Shown here in pieces: positions 24,631-38,952 of a stretch of DNA of 64,000 nucleotides. Made by a program: the position numbers and the translations under genes. The stretch comes from Eledone cirrhosa. Lineage: Eukaryota. Within the stretch, counting starts at the first letter, position 1, and each line of letters starts with the position of its first letter. The notes beneath the pieces were generated by a model, which made no database searches, was not told the DNA's origin, and saw only the letters and a program-made list of their open reading frames with translations. Location: contig OZ024742.1 in the NCBI GenBank assembly GCA_964016885.1, forward strand, positions 348,192,001-348,256,000, read 5' to 3'.

Positions 24631-27600
24631 AAGGCCGCAGTGTTTTGTTTGTGAGGAAAAAAACCCATTTCCGAGCCTTCTGCCCTCAACTGCTGAAAGA
24701 GGCAAGGGGTCGAAAGGCTCCACTGCTGCCGACGCCGGAGCGAGGACCACAACCAACACCAGCACCGGCAAAACCACCAACAACAACGCCAATAGAAAGA
24801 CCACCACCAGCATTGACCACCCAGGGGGGAAACGAGGAAAGCTGTCAAATTCCAATCTCCCCCCCAAAATACACACACCAATAAAACCATAAACACACAT
24901 ACAGACACACTTACAGACACAGACCCCTCATCTACCAGTAGTGAAGATGAGGGAAAACCAAAATCCCCCAAAATACAAAAAAGGAAACACAAAAAGAAAA
25001 AAAAAACTCAACAAAGCACAAAATCACCCACAATAAAAAACGAAGACACCACCCACGCAAACATCTCTCCAATAACACCACCATCACCAGAATCCCCCAA
25101 ACGCAAACAACCTAAACAGACGCAAGAACAAATACACACAAACATCTGAAACCACAGACACCGCACTCACAACAAACACAGATACAACCGAAACAACACC
25201 ACCAAAACCATCACCACCACAGCCACGCAAACAAATAGAATCACACCAACAAAACATACAAAACTTCGTGCTCGTCAGGAGGGCTAACAAGGAACTGATG
25301 GCCCTCGTAGCACGAAGTGAAAATATACAAAAAGAGGGGGAATTTTTAAATCGAGCACATTTCGCGTGCCGGAAAATTTGGTTCTGGTGAGAACATCGCT
25401 CGATATATTCAAAGAAATACGAGACAGCTTTCCTCGAGACGTGGGAACCCCGAACGTAAACCACACTTCAAGACTTTTAAAGGGGTTCCCAAAAGAAACC
25501 CCACCAACTATGGAGGTCGAACAACCCGACCTTCACAAGAGCCCGGAAGGTAAGTAAACCTTCCTCTCTCTCTTTTTAACCTGCCAACATGGCCGTATTA
25601 AGAGTAGGATATTTAAATGTTCGAGGCCTGGGATCGTCCTGGAAGCAGGGTCACCTGCTCAACGACCTCAGGTCTATAGAAATGGATGTAATTGCCGTCA
25701 GCGAGACCAGGATTTCCGACACGCGTGCACTAGCCCCCATTTTCGATGACTATCAGATCTTTGCATTTGTTAGCCGGCCGGGAATGGGAGGCGGGGTGGC
25801 AGTGCTGTTTAGGAAAGGCCTGGATCTCGAGGTAAGGTCGATCTTCCGGGACCCGGACGGGACGTTGGTGGTCCTGGACGTGAACAATAACGAAGGTGGT
25901 GCCTTTAGACTGGTGGCCGTCTATGCTTCTACTGGGGCAGGACGGCCGGACTTCTTTAGACGCCTGGAAGCCTTTCTGGGTACGTCTCGCCCTTTACTGT
26001 TAGCGGGGGACTGGAACGGCATCTTAGACGCACGCTGGGACTGTGTGGGAGTATCCGATAGGAGCGGGGGGTGCCAAAGCCTCAAGAACCTGATCAGCCA
26101 GTTACAACTGTCTGACAGGTACCGACTAGATTTCCCTAATGCGCCAGTGTGGACCTGGGCTAACCGCATAGGGTCATCTAGATCGTATATAGACATGATA
26201 TTCATTAGGAAAATAGACAGAAATAGTGCAAGCTGTCCACGTTTTGAAACGGTCGCCTATTCAGATTACAAGTTTGTGATCTGTATGGTCAACCTAGATA
26301 AGACGCGTAGGTTAGGACCTGGTTACTGGAAGCTAAACATGTCATTTCCGGCACGTAAGGCTTACAGGGACCAGGTCAACAATTTAGTTAAGAAAAAGTT
26401 GACAGGGGGAGTCGTCAACAATAGATGGTGGGGGGGGCTCTCGAAAGAGAGATTAGAGTAATGTCGATAGAGTTTAGCAAAGAAGTAGCGTTAGAGAAAA
26501 ATAGAAAGGAGGGGAAGTTGGTAGATAAGTTAGACGAGGCTATTGGTAGTGGCATTGCAACTGATGTGCTAGCGGCCAGAATGGCATTAGACCATTTCTT
26601 CAATGCGAAACACGAAGGTTGCATTGTCAGAGCTAAAGAGCGTGCTCTGAGAAACGAGGGAACCTAAGCTGTTCGATGGGCCCGCGTGGCAGAGGCGCAG
26701 TGTGGTAATAAAACCACGATTCGGTCTTTGACGGACCGAGACGGGCACGAGCTGAGCGATTCCAAGTGGATGTGTGAGGCCTTTCGCCAACATTTTGCTC
26801 GGTTGTTCGGAGGAAGTGGCGGGTCAGAGATGGTGGTGGACTTCAGTCCCTACCTCGATGGCTTGCCGCAACTCTCGACGGCTGACGCTGGGCGCTGCGA
26901 AAGGCCAATTACTTCAGCCGAGATTCAGGATGCCCTTGTCGGCTGCATGAGGCGCAAGTCACCTGGTTTGGTGGTCTGCCCTACGAGCTTTACGTAAATA
27001 TGCCAGACTTGTTCTCCAATCTCCTCGAAGCCCTCTACTGCAACTGGCAGCAAAACGGGAGTATTCCCAGTTCTGTGAGCCGGGGCGTAGTGACGCTGAT
27101 AAGGAAAGACGAGAACAAGAGGGACACATTAGACAATTTCAGGCCCATAACTTTGCTCAACACAGAGTTTAAGATTTTGGCCAGGGTGTTAGCGAAGAGG
27201 TTGGCGCTTGTCGTCGGGATTTGGTTGGGGAGGCGCAAACTTGCGCAATCCCAGCCAGGTCCATACACGACAACCTCCACCTAATGCGATACATCATAGA
27301 GAGGGTGGGGTGTAAACCTGGCTTCGGTGGGGCTCTGATCAATTTAGATCAATCGAAAGCATTCGATAGGGTCGACCATCGGTACCTGGAGGCTGTCCTC
27401 AAGGCGGCTGGCTTCGGCCCCGTCTTCAGAAGCTGGATCGCTGCAATGCACAGCGGCACCTGCTCGATGGTCAAAATTAATAGCCACCTCTCAGAACCGT
27501 TTCAGGTCTCCCGATCGGTCCGTCAAGGGTGCCCTCTCTCCTCCCTTCTGTACGTATTGACTCTCGAGCCTTTATTGCGGAAGCTGGAGCTGTTGCAGGG

Positions 27601-28242
27601 CATCCCGCTCGAACCGGGACGCGGAAAGGCTGTGTCGGCTTATGCGGACGACATCACCGTGATGGTGTCGGACACCTCAGAAATCGAGGTGGTCGGCAAC
27701 TTATTGGAGGAATATGAAAGGTTGACGGGAGCAAAACTTAATCACGAAAAGTCGGTGGGCTTGCAACTCGGCACCTGGAGAGGCAAGTCCATGCCGTCCA
27801 ACAGCGTCGTTAGGTGCTGGACGGACGGACCGGTAAAGTTGCTAGGGGTTTGGTTCGGGCCAGACCTCAAGGTGGATAAGAATTGGGACGAGGTGACGGG
27901 CAGGGTAGCCAGTCTCACCCAGAAATGGGCTGGGATGAAGCTATCACTGATAGGTCGGGCGGAGGTGGCGAACGCGTACATCGCGTTCGTCATCTACTAC
28001 CGTCTGATCATCGTCCCTTGCCCCCGTTCGCGCCTCGCCATCTTGGAGCGGCTCCTCTTCAAATTCTTGTGGAGGGGTCAGGTTCCGCTGGTGAGGCGGT
28101 CCATCTGCTGCCAGCACCCTCTACGTGGAGGGCTGGGCATGCCGTGGCTAATGATGCGCAGGCACGCGCTGAGGCTGCGGCATCTCCAGATATTCTGCCT
28201 AAACGGTGAACAGGTGTGGTCGCCGTTTGTCAGACGGGTCAT
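24631..28242 (+). mobile_element. Tx1/L1-clade LINE: ORF1 remnant plus disrupted ORF2 (APE and RT), truncated at both ends
   Basis: Frameshifted ORF1 knuckle CFVC..HFRAFC. ORF2 from 25589 has YLNVRGL, LAGDWN, GYWKLN, FRPITLLNTEFKIL, DQSKAFDRVDH, RQGCPLS, AYADDIT, with stops and frameshifts. Confidence 0.93.
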
Positions 28243-30139
28243 TTAAACACTCATATCGAGGATTGGTGAATGTATGGTTACACAACCACCAGTGATTTCA
28301 TCACTCCCAGTGATTTGATCATCCCGGTGATTTTAGCGTGGTACTATCACGCTGTAGACGAACATAAGCAAACAAACAAACAAATAGGTAAAAACCTAAA
28401 AAAATAAGCATAAGTTTCATTGTAATGTAATGTTTGAATGTCTGACTTAGTTTTTTTGTTTGTTTGTCTGTTTGTTTGTTTTTCTTTTCTTTTTTCTTTT
28501 CTTTACGTTTTTCGTTGCTGTTGTACTGTTTTGATTTTGATTTTTGACCTTTTGATTTTTTTGACCGGGTCATCAAATCAGTCTATTTATATCTTTTAAT
28601 GCCTTCCTCACTTCGTGGGAATACTACGATACCTCTGTCTTAGCAGGAGGTAGTGGGAGAGAATAGCGGCGGTAGCGATAATGAGACAGTGGTGATGTGA
28701 TCGTAGTACTGTAGTGATGGTGTTGAAGTTGAAGTAGAAATAGAAGTTGGATTAACTTGGCTAGATTTTTTGGTGTGGTAGTGGTGATGGTGGTGATGTT
28801 GGTGGTGAAATTATTTGCCTGTCTGTCCATGTAGCCATTTTCCTCTTTTTTGAATATAACATTTCTGATCCAAAATTAAATATTAAATATTGGGGCCCTA
28901 TGCCATAATGTGATGTGTTGTCGCTTGCTGAGAGTTAAAACTGTAATCTTATGTTTCATTTGTAATAAGAATTATTCTATCACAGTTGTTTTAAATATGT
29001 AAAAATCAAAAACTTACGGGAGCGATTCCATAACGATATATCCACCATGTGTATTATTATTATTATCATTATTATTATTATTATTACTGTTATTAATCTT
29101 ATATATTTCATCATCATCATCCTCGTCATCGTTTTTACGTCTGCTTTCCATGCTTGCATGGGTTGGACGGGTATTTCTCAGCACAACATCTCTCCACTAG
29201 TCGCATTCCTTAACCATCTCCTCTGCCAGTTTTAGTGATTTGAGGTCAGCTCTCATCACCTCTCTGCCTAGGTCTATCTTGGTCGTCCTCTACTGACTTC
29301 CTTCCATTGGGATTTCTTGGCATTTCTTCACCCAGCAATCATCATCCATGTCCATACCAACACAGCCTTCTTTAGTTTTGTTATATGATAATAAAACACT
29401 AGTATATCAGCAATGGAAAGATAGTCCCAGTTCAGTCCTGGGTTTGACATACATCTAGCTATCTGTCTGCCAACGTAATCTACTGTAATGAGATCCGGTG
29501 AGGAGATGTGCTTCACCAGATTTCACTACACCTGGAGTTAGGGTCCATACAAATGCTTCACCAGATGTTACTATGGTGCCCCTGAATCTCCAGGATGTTT
29601 ACATTAAGGGTACATGTATCTGTGGAATGTGCGACCACTTGCAGGTTATTTTCACATTCAAGCTATTCTGTTGTTTGAACAACTGGAACAATGTCAGAAC
29701 TGACAAAGGTTCAACACGTATTTCTATACAAAATGGCAATGATGACAAGCGACAGTCTTCTGCTTCTTGCCACCATCATAATTTATTTCTGTATATATTT
29801 TTCATTGAGATATTTCAGACTTCGATATTTTTGACGAGCTAGCATAGAAATTTTGATTAATTTAGTATCGACAGACAATATACTGTTTTTCCTTTCTTTC
29901 ACAATTTCTTCCTCTTAATTGTCTAATTTTATCAGTGATTTGTGTTTTTTTAATTTACAGTACAACAGCAACAGTAAATTGCTCTGTTGCTACATATTTT
30001 GTTTGTGAAATAAGTTGTAAATAGAAACCACCACTACTAACTGGTGCTAGTAGTTGCATAGAAGCAACAAAAAATACCATACAGTTGATGGCTTTTCTGT
30101 TTTTTCGTTCATATAATTTTATATTTGGTTTAGTCAATT

Positions 30140-32081
30140 CATCATCATCATCATCATCGTTTAACGTCCATCTTCCACGCTAGCATGGGTTTAGACGAAA
30201 ATTGTCCCACTTGAGGCAAGATTGGTTGTCTTGCTCGTATAGGACTGTCTGGCGGGTTTTCTACAGCTGGATGCCCTTCCTAACACCAACCACGTTTACA
30301 GTGTGGACTGGAGGTTTTTATCGTGTTACCTACACGGCCACATTACAGCGTGGACTGTGTGTTTTTTTTGTCGTGACACCTACACGACCTCATTTATTTA
30401 GGACTGGATGTTGTGGTATCAACATAACTTTACATCGAAAGGGGTGGTGTAGATGGGGGTGAGGTTGGGGGAGTGGGACGGGGGTGTATTTTGGTTAAGA
30501 GGTGCCTACTGACTGTAGGTTTCGCTTTGTACTTAGGCAAGGCGGGTCTTCTGTATTACTGCGTAGCGCCAAAGATCTCGGTTCAGTGACATTGTCTTGG
30601 AGAGGTGTAAGTGTGTGAGGTCGGAATTTATCAAGTCGTCCCAGGTTTTTCTGGGTCTGCCTACTCCGTAACTACCGTCTATTTTGATCGCCCTGCACTT
30701 TTTTTTATACAGCTGTCGTCTTTCATGCGCATCACGTGACCATACCAGCGTAGTCTTCTCTCGAGTAAACAGCATCTGATCCCTCTTATTCCTAATTTCT
30801 CACTTAGTTCATTTATGCTTTGCCGTTCACGTATATTACTATTACACATCCAACGGAGCATGCAAGCTTCGTTCCTCTCCAGTCTGTGTAGATCCTCTGC
30901 ACACAATGCCCATGTCTCATTGCCATGTAACATCGCTGTTCGTATACAGGCATCATACAGCCTGCCTTTCATTTTTAGAGAGAAACCTTTAGCGGCCAAT
31001 AGTGGTATAAGCTCTCTGAACTTTTTCCATCCCGTTCTGACTCTAGCTACTGTACTTTCAGAGCACCCTCCACCATTGCTGATTTTGTCACCCAGGTAAC
31101 GGAAGGTGTCCACTATTTCTATAGAACCATCTGAGCAATGGAATGAGCTAGTTAGTATTCTGTGGGCATTTGCTGCTACTTATTGCACCTGAGCACCAGC
31201 CACATATAAAATCTATATTCTTAGTTAGCTTACCTGTGATCCCACTACATCTTTTATGCACCCATACTTTGCATTTGGGACATAAAATGGAGTTTCTGCC
31301 TCCTTCTTTCCTACATACTGTGCATGGCCATTTCCCAGATGGGACCAGTGCCCTATTTTCCTTCCTACAAACTAGAACTTTAGTCTTAGACAAGTTAATT
31401 TTAAGGCCTTTTGATTCTAGGCCATGCTTCCATGTTTGGAATTTCTTCTCTAGTTCAGCCATTGATTCAGCTATGAGCGTTAGATCATCTGCGTATAGAA
31501 GTTCCCATGGGCAGCTGGTCTTGAACTCCTGTTATAGTCTGGAGGACGATAATAAATAGGAGGGGGATAAGGACAGAGCCCTGATGAACACCAACTTTTA
31601 CGCTAAACTCTTCACTATATTCGTTGTTAATTCTAACCTTGCTGATAGTTTCTTAATACATAGCTTGTATAGCTCTCACAAGCCATTCATCAACACCTAG
31701 TTTTCTGAGAGCCCACCAGATAATGGGGCGTGGGACTCTGTCAAAGGCTTTCTCCAAGTCAACAAAAGTTAAGTATAGGGGTTTACTTTTAGCTAGGACC
31801 TTCTCCTGTAGTTATCGGACAATGAAAAGAGCGTCTGTGGTACTTTTACCTGACACAAACCCGAACTGCATTTCATCTAGATCAATTCGCTCTCTGATTA
31901 GTTGCGCTATTATTTTTTCTGTGACCTTCATGACCTGGTCAATTAATTTAATGCCTCTATAGTTACCCCTATATAGGGCATCTCCTTTACCCTTGTAGCA
32001 GTTAATGATGATGCTGCTACGCCAGTCCTTTAGTACAACCCCATTCTGTATGACTTGGTTTACTATCCGGGTGACCATAGT
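30140..32081 (-). mobile_element. RTE-clade LINE, 5'-truncated and decayed
   Basis: Homologous to the 53391-56920 element (NYRGIKLIDQ, PHD insert, FRYLGD, GRPRKTW) with (GAT)n tail. Confidence 0.95.
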
Positions 32082-32124
32082 GTATATATATATATATATA
32101 TATATTTATGTGTGTGTGTGTATG

Positions 32125-32337
32125 TAAAGTGATCGAGTAGGTGTCACGAGAAAAAGCACCCAGTACTCACTGTAAATGTGGTTGGTGTTAGGAAGGGCAT
32201 TCACCTATAGAAACCAAGCCAGAAAGAGTTCTGTATGAGCAAAGCACAGTCATCCAACCTAGCTTGTCTCATAACTGGACAGCTCATCTAAACCACGCTA
32301 GCTTGGAAAATGGACATTAAACGATGATAATGATGAT
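32125..32337 (+). mobile_element. RTE 3'UTR fragment or RTE-tailed SINE (second copy about 32585-32745)
   Basis: actgtaaatgtggttggtgttaggaagggc...ggacattaaacgatgat. Confidence 0.75.
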
Positions 32338-32749
32338 ATATATATACACTCGTTATATTTTGTGTTAGTTAATCAACTGATACTAGTGTATACAGGATAA
32401 AGCACTCAAGCAGAGCTTTGAGGGAACACCACCAATAATCCGCCAGTGACATATCACTGAATGGAAACTGCATCAGTAATTTATATTTTCGTTCATGTCA
32501 TTTTATTCATGTAACTTTTTGTTCACATAATAGCTGTGAAATTTTTGATAAGATCATCTCACACTTGTTCTACATGGATGATCTGAATTGTGGTCGGTAT
32601 TAGGAAGAGCATCCAGCTGTAGAAACCAAACCAAAAGAAGTTCTGTTTGAGCAAGGCATGGTTACCTGACTTTACATTTCTCACAACAGGACAACATGTC
32701 TAACCCATGCTAGCATCGAAAAATGGTCGTTAAATGGTGAAGATGAAAA

Positions 32750-33460
32750 GTTGACAAGGATCTGAAAGAGCAGCTGGTAACTGTGAAGACATTCAGTGAT
32801 GACACCAACATGGAATTTGGCTTAGATAAGTGGGCCAAAGCTGCATTTAAATGTGGATCAAGAAGGCTTTTATAAGTATCTTAGTGTGAATGAGGAGATC
32901 AAGAAGGAACATTTTAGACGTGTTAGAATGCTCGTGAATATTGAGCTGAACTCCTAGAATAGAACCTATAAACTCCTTGCTGATGCCTGTTGTCCAGTGT
33001 AGCCTTAATGTCATCAATTGGAATTTAAGTGAACTCCAATGTAAAATCTAGGAAATTGTTGACATTAAACAGGATGTATCACCCCATAGCAGACGTCTAT
33101 AGGCTCTATCTCCCACAAAAGGTGGTAGAGGTGGCCTAATCCGACTTGAAACGTTCTATAAAACAACCATGATAGGACTCCAAATATACATCCAAAGTAA
33201 CAAATAATTGGATGATACAGTTGGTAGGACAACACAAACAGGGTAAGAAACAGCAGTCAATCTCAAAGGAGACATAAATACAGATGAGAGCTTAACCTCC
33301 TTGATCAGGATGTTGATAAAGAAGACATGCCAGCCACTAAGGCAGCAAAGTTTAAGACAAAAACCAAACAGAAAAACTTGAACGAAATGTTGAGATTGTG
33401 GAAGAAAAACTATTGCATGGGTAATACCTCAAATGAGCTGGGGAAGCTGATGTAGATATC
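32750..33460 (+). mobile_element. Decayed R4/Dong-like RT fragment
   Basis: Translates as VKTFSDDTNMEFGLDKWAK, YKYL and YHPIADVYRLYLP..GGRGGL, typical of the R4-clade RT C-terminus. Confidence 0.7.
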
Positions 33461-34032
33461 AATTCAAACCTGCTCACAAATTTGATGTAATAAACAGCTG
33501 TTATGTTATGGTTTTAACAATAGCTTTATAATAGAAAAGTTATTTTATGTCATATGTCATAAGATGTAATAAAAATAGCTGATACATAACATTAAAAAGT
33601 AAAGTCTGTCTTAATCCAGAAGGCTCGTTAGGCTGGTGTTTGTCCCAGTTTCATGTTGTGAAGTGACTGAGAATACAAGACTCCCCCTGGACAGGACACC
33701 AGTCCATTGCATGGTTAAACCCTCACATACATATACATATGTGGTGACTGACCAAAAATAAGGTGAAAATGTATGTCTGTGTGAATGTATGTCTATGTCT
33801 GTCTTGGTATATATGAGAGTGTATGTGTGTGAGTGTGTAACAACAATTTATTCATTTGGACAGCAAAAAAGAATTACACAATGAATATTGTTTACCCTAA
33901 GGTGCTTCAAGTTTGACAGATTTTCATTTCTAAATTCTATTATTATTACAATTTTGATATTTTAAAATAATTATGAGAATAAAAACATATCTTCATATTT
34001 ATTATTTATTAATCTGAATAAGAACAGAAGTA

Positions 34033-34324
<292 letters not shown>

Positions 34325-34489
34325 ATTGCCAGTTAAATTGTGTGGGTGTTTTAATCTATTTTGCCCTTCCCCAAATTTGCTGGTCTTGGGCTTAAATTAG
34401 AAATAAATATTTTATTCTGACGACCCCGAAGCAAAGTTGCCATCGATGGGATTTGTACTTAGAATATAAAAATAATAAACAAAAACAAA

Positions 34490-35110
34490 ACCGGAACAAA
34501 TCTCACGCTGACTGAAGCCAGCCCCACCCACGTGGCTGCGATAGAATTATTGTTGAAACTATAGCGGTGGAGACAGGCGTTCTAGATCCTCGGACTTTCT
34601 CCTTATTCCCTACTACTGGGGCAGAGTTTGCCACTCGCAGGAATGAGTTCCTTGAGATAGGATTGCTATTTCAGCGTGTTTTCCTCGCCATCCTCCGACG
34701 TAACTCTCTCTCTCTCTCTCTGTTCGCCGAGACCACGTGGAGGCCTGCATATCGGAAAGCGTTCACATGTCATTGCGATGGTCTCTGTATTATTGTTACA
34801 ACAACAACTATTAACATATGTCACTTGGAAACCATTCTACAGCTTCAATTGGAGTAATAAGTGGGATACTTTAGTCCGGCTCCTTAACCATATCTGCGCG
34901 TATTAATAAATATCAACAGTAAAGTAAGGGAGGTAACTCTCATTGGATAATGTTTGTAAACATTGGGAGTGAGGCGTGACAGAGGTTTCGGTGAAAACGC
35001 CGCGTCGTGTTTTCACGACTTCGGTAGATAACGGTTTGCGCGAATCAAAATTGATTGCAAATACATATTTTCCCATTAAAGTGGGCAAGATTTCGACCCT
35101 ATCTACCAGA
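34490..35110. promoter_or_regulatory. CpG-rich putative promoter or enhancer island upstream of the CaMKIV-like exon
   Basis: Local CpG enrichment in non-repetitive DNA, CACGTG at 34529 and 34734, ETS-like ccggaa at 34491, ATTGG motifs near 34942 and 34963. Confidence 0.45.
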
Positions 35111-35128
35111 CAAATATGCACTGATATA

Positions 35129-35167
<39 letters not shown>

Positions 35168-35329
35168 TATATACTATATACATAGCTGTGAAATATATAT
35201 ATATATATATATATTTACAGTTTTCTCTTTCTAATAATCATCGATATTGGATCACCTGTTGCCTAGCAATTACAGCAAAATAATCAGAAGAAAAAAGTAA
35301 ACAAAAAACAAATAAAAGAGAAAAAAACA

Positions 35330-36370
35330 ACTACTACAAACTGAAAACACAAAAAACAACACTAAAAAACAACATCAACATCACTAACACCATCACCGAC
35401 AATAACACTACTAATCCCCCCCCCCAACAACAACACTATTAAAACAACACCAACACCAACCACACCACCACCAACAACACTATCAACAACAACACCAACA
35501 CCACCAACAACAACACCAACAACACTACTAAAAACAACAACACCAACAACAACATCAACAACACTGCTAAAAATAACACCAACAACACTACTAAAACAAC
35601 ACCAACAACATCAACAACACTACAAAAACAACACCAACACCAACAACATCAACAACACTACTAAAAACAACACCAACACCACGTAAAACATCACCATCAA
35701 CAACACCAATAGCACTACTAAAACAACACCAACAACACTACTAAAACAACACCAACAACATCAACAACACTACTAAAAACAACACCAACACCACTACTAA
35801 AACAATACCAACACCAACAACATCAACAACACCAACAGCACTACTAAAACAACACCAACAACACTACTAAAACAACACCAACAACATCAACAACACTACT
35901 AAAAACAACACCAACACCAACAACACTACTAAAAACAACACCAACACCAACAACACTACTAAAAACAACACCAACACCAACAACACTACTAAAACAATAC
36001 CAACACCAACAACATCAACAACACCAACAGCATTACTAAAACAACACCAACAACACTACTAAAACAACACCAACAACACCAACACCACGTAAAACATCAC
36101 CATCAACAACACCAACAACATAAACACCAACACTACTACTACCAATAACACCGCCACCAACTCCACCACCATCAACACCACGATCAACATCAACATCAAC
36201 ACCAACACTACCAACATCACCACCAACAACAACAATAGCAACAGGAACACCACTAACTCCACCACCAATTCCACCCACACACCACCAACAACAATAACAT
36301 CAACAACACCACCACCATCAACAACAATAGCATCAACAACACCACCATCAATACCACCATCAACAACAAA
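35330..36370. repeat. (CAA/CAC)-derived low-complexity tract
   Basis: Direct reading. Confidence 0.92.
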
Positions 36371-36672
36371 AACGGAAAAGGAGAAACAATCGGAAGATAA
36401 CTATAGTCCCCAAAGTTCCTTTAGTAATAGAAGCACAAATACAGTTAATAGTCTTCTTAGTACTACTACTACTACTACTACTACTGTTCATACTGCTGCT
36501 TCTAATTGTAGTAAGAGAAAAGGTAATAGTAGTAATATTAGTAATAATACTATTGTTAGTCGTGAAAATAATATTAAAAGTGATAGTGACGATAAAAAAC
36601 CTTTTTGTTATCGGTGGTGGTGGTGTTGCATCCAGTATAAAGATAGGAAACATCTGCTTTGATCAAGCTATA

Positions 36673-36761
36673 ATGGCCGATAAGGGGGAGTATTGGGTAG
36701 CGGAAAGTATAAAAGACGTTACATTTGTAGAACGATTTGAATTAGGAGATGAATTAGGAAG
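36673..36761 (+). CDS. CAMK4: First coding exon of a Ca2+/calmodulin-dependent protein kinase IV-like kinase
   Basis: ATG in good context (ataATGG) gives MADKGEYWVAESIKDVTFVERFELGDELGR, resembling the CaMKIV N-terminus (YWIDGS..D....FEVESELGR). It ends at the start of the Gly-rich loop with a canonical AG|GTAAGA phase-2 donor. No downstream exon was found in the window. Confidence 0.8.
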
Positions 36762-36936
36762 GTAAGATAGAATTATTATTATTTCACTTTTATACGATTT
36801 TTTTAAATTTATAAATTATTAAAAAAAAAAAGAAAACTTTTAATATGAACCCTCGTGAAACTTCTCTTGACTTTTTAAATACTATTTTTAAGTGTTTATA
36901 TTAATCCAAACCCCTTCCCTCATAATTTTATGTAAG

Positions 36937-37263
36937 AACCTTTGTTATGTTATATTCCAAACACCAACGTTATGTACCGTATGAAACTACATTAGCAAGA
37001 CAATCTTGAAAAGTACAAAACAGCAAAACATTCCTCTTTAATACTGCATATTTTCAGAAAGATCTGTTCAGTAGTGAAGATACTATAAACATTTGAATTG
37101 ACAAACACTGTCTTTAGATATGTTGTGCTACATTATTACAGGATATTAAGAGATATAATATAGTTATATGACTAAATCCTTACAAATTCTTCATTGATTT
37201 TCAAAATTATTTGAAAACCATGTTTTTTTTTTGTCTTTCATTAGAAATATGGTAACAAAAGGG
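36937..37263. mobile_element. Degenerate piggyBac-like MITE, second family
   Basis: Ends aacctttgtta... and ...atatggtaacaaaaggg. The right end matches ttaacccttttgtcaccatattt at 10679. Confidence 0.5.
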
Positions 37264-37761
37264 AATTATTTAATTATTTTTTTGGTGTAATATTTTGTTA
37301 GTTGCTTGCGCCCTCCCTCTCTTTTCTGAGTTGTTAAGGCAGGTGGTCTTGTGGTTACAGTGTTAGACGTACAATCATAAAATCATTGGTTCAATCCCTG
37401 GTATAAGTGGCATGTTGTATTTTTTAGTATAATACTTTATTGCTACTTTTGACAGGGATTGTGACTAGTATCACCAATAGAAAGATCAATGGAAACAGGG
37501 ATCTGATGATCGGCTCCTTTCCTTTTTTAGTCATTCTTAAAAGAGAAAGTGGGAATAAGTGGTTTTTATTGATTTTGTTTTTGTACTTTCTTTCCCACTA
37601 AAAAGTGAAAAATAAGGAAAGGGAAGAGGTGGGGGAGATAGAAAATTAAATTAAAAAAGGGAAGTTGGGAAAGGGAGGGGGTACCCATAGCACATCTCAG
37701 CCTGAACCCTGTGGGGGAAGATGGTTACAGTATTGCTGTGGAGTTAGCAGCTTAAGTGGGA

Positions 37762-37860
37762 GGGCCTACATTTCACATCTAGCCTGGGCCTACATTTCAC
37801 ATCTAGCCTGGGCCTACATTTCACATCTAGTCTGGGCCTATATTTCACTTCTAGCCTGCC
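37762..37860 (+). repeat. 24-bp tandem (gggcctacatttcacatctagcct) x4
   Basis: Direct reading; related to the arrays at 46525 and 51420. Confidence 0.85.
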
Positions 37861-38632
37861 ACCTACTTTGCCCAGACCTGCATAGAGAGAACACAACAGA
37901 AACAATGACAATAATTGTTATTTCTAAGAATTAAGAAGAATACTTTACACATCATAGGTTGCCATCTTATCAAATACACAACCTGTGTGTTTCAATTAAT
38001 TTTAAAAATAATAAAAATTGTGAAGTATTCAGAAGTCAACCTTGTTATCAAGTCAATAGTTGGAACAAGAAACAATTCTTAATGAAATTATGATAGGTTT
38101 TAATCAATGATATGCCATGTGTGTTTGTATATTTATGTATATTTCTGATTGTTTTTTTTTTATTACACACACACATACACACAATGTGCCACAATAAGTT
38201 TACTTTCCAATCATAAGGTTCTAACCCTACATTTATTCCTGTAAATCGATATTTCTCCAATTTACACAGATACACAATGTATTTCCAATATCAGTCATGA
38301 TGCTACATATAAAGTTTCCCAAATTACAATGTCCAGGGTTCTAACCCAACATTTGTCCCTGTAAATAGTTATTTCTCCAAAGTTACTCATATATTTAATC
38401 CTGTATGTCATTTGTACATACATGCTGAACATTTAATCACTTCCACGTGTCCATAATCAACATAAATTATAGGGTTTCTCTTATGCAAACCATTCATTTA
38501 TTAAAACACAAAGTTCCCAGTTTGTATGATTTTTTATATCTCCTGTAATCCTGGTGTATACTGCATGCCAATCTTGGACTCCAAAATTTTAATATGTTCA
38601 ATGTTATTGCTGTCATTATTAATGACTTAATA

Positions 38633-38826
38633 AGGCGGTGGATTGCCAGTATCGGTAGAGAGTCGGACGCCATGCTTTGACACATAGAGTTACGGCCCTT
38701 GCCATTCTGAGTTCAAATCCTGCCGAGGTTAACTTTACCTTTCATCCTTATGGGGTCGATAAAATAAAGTACCTGTAATGCACTGGGTAATTGCTGGCCT
38801 TGTGCCAAAAGTAGAAACAATTATTA
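38633..38826 (+). mobile_element. Full-length Nin/Deu-like tRNA SINE
   Basis: ggcggtggattgccagtatcgg head, gagttcaaatcc B box, core and aacaattatt end. Confidence 0.88.
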
Positions 38827-38952
38827 ATGACACTAGTTCACTAATATAAATATAAACACATTAACACAGGCAGTTTTGTATCAGAGAACCAGGCAAGTTT
38901 CAAACAGGTTGATATCAAGTTAAACTCAATAAGATCCCAGAGACAAACTAGA

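Noticed and set aside
29330-29842. Unique-looking sequence with short ORFs on both strands
   Set aside because: No recognisable protein motif or consistent splice signals.
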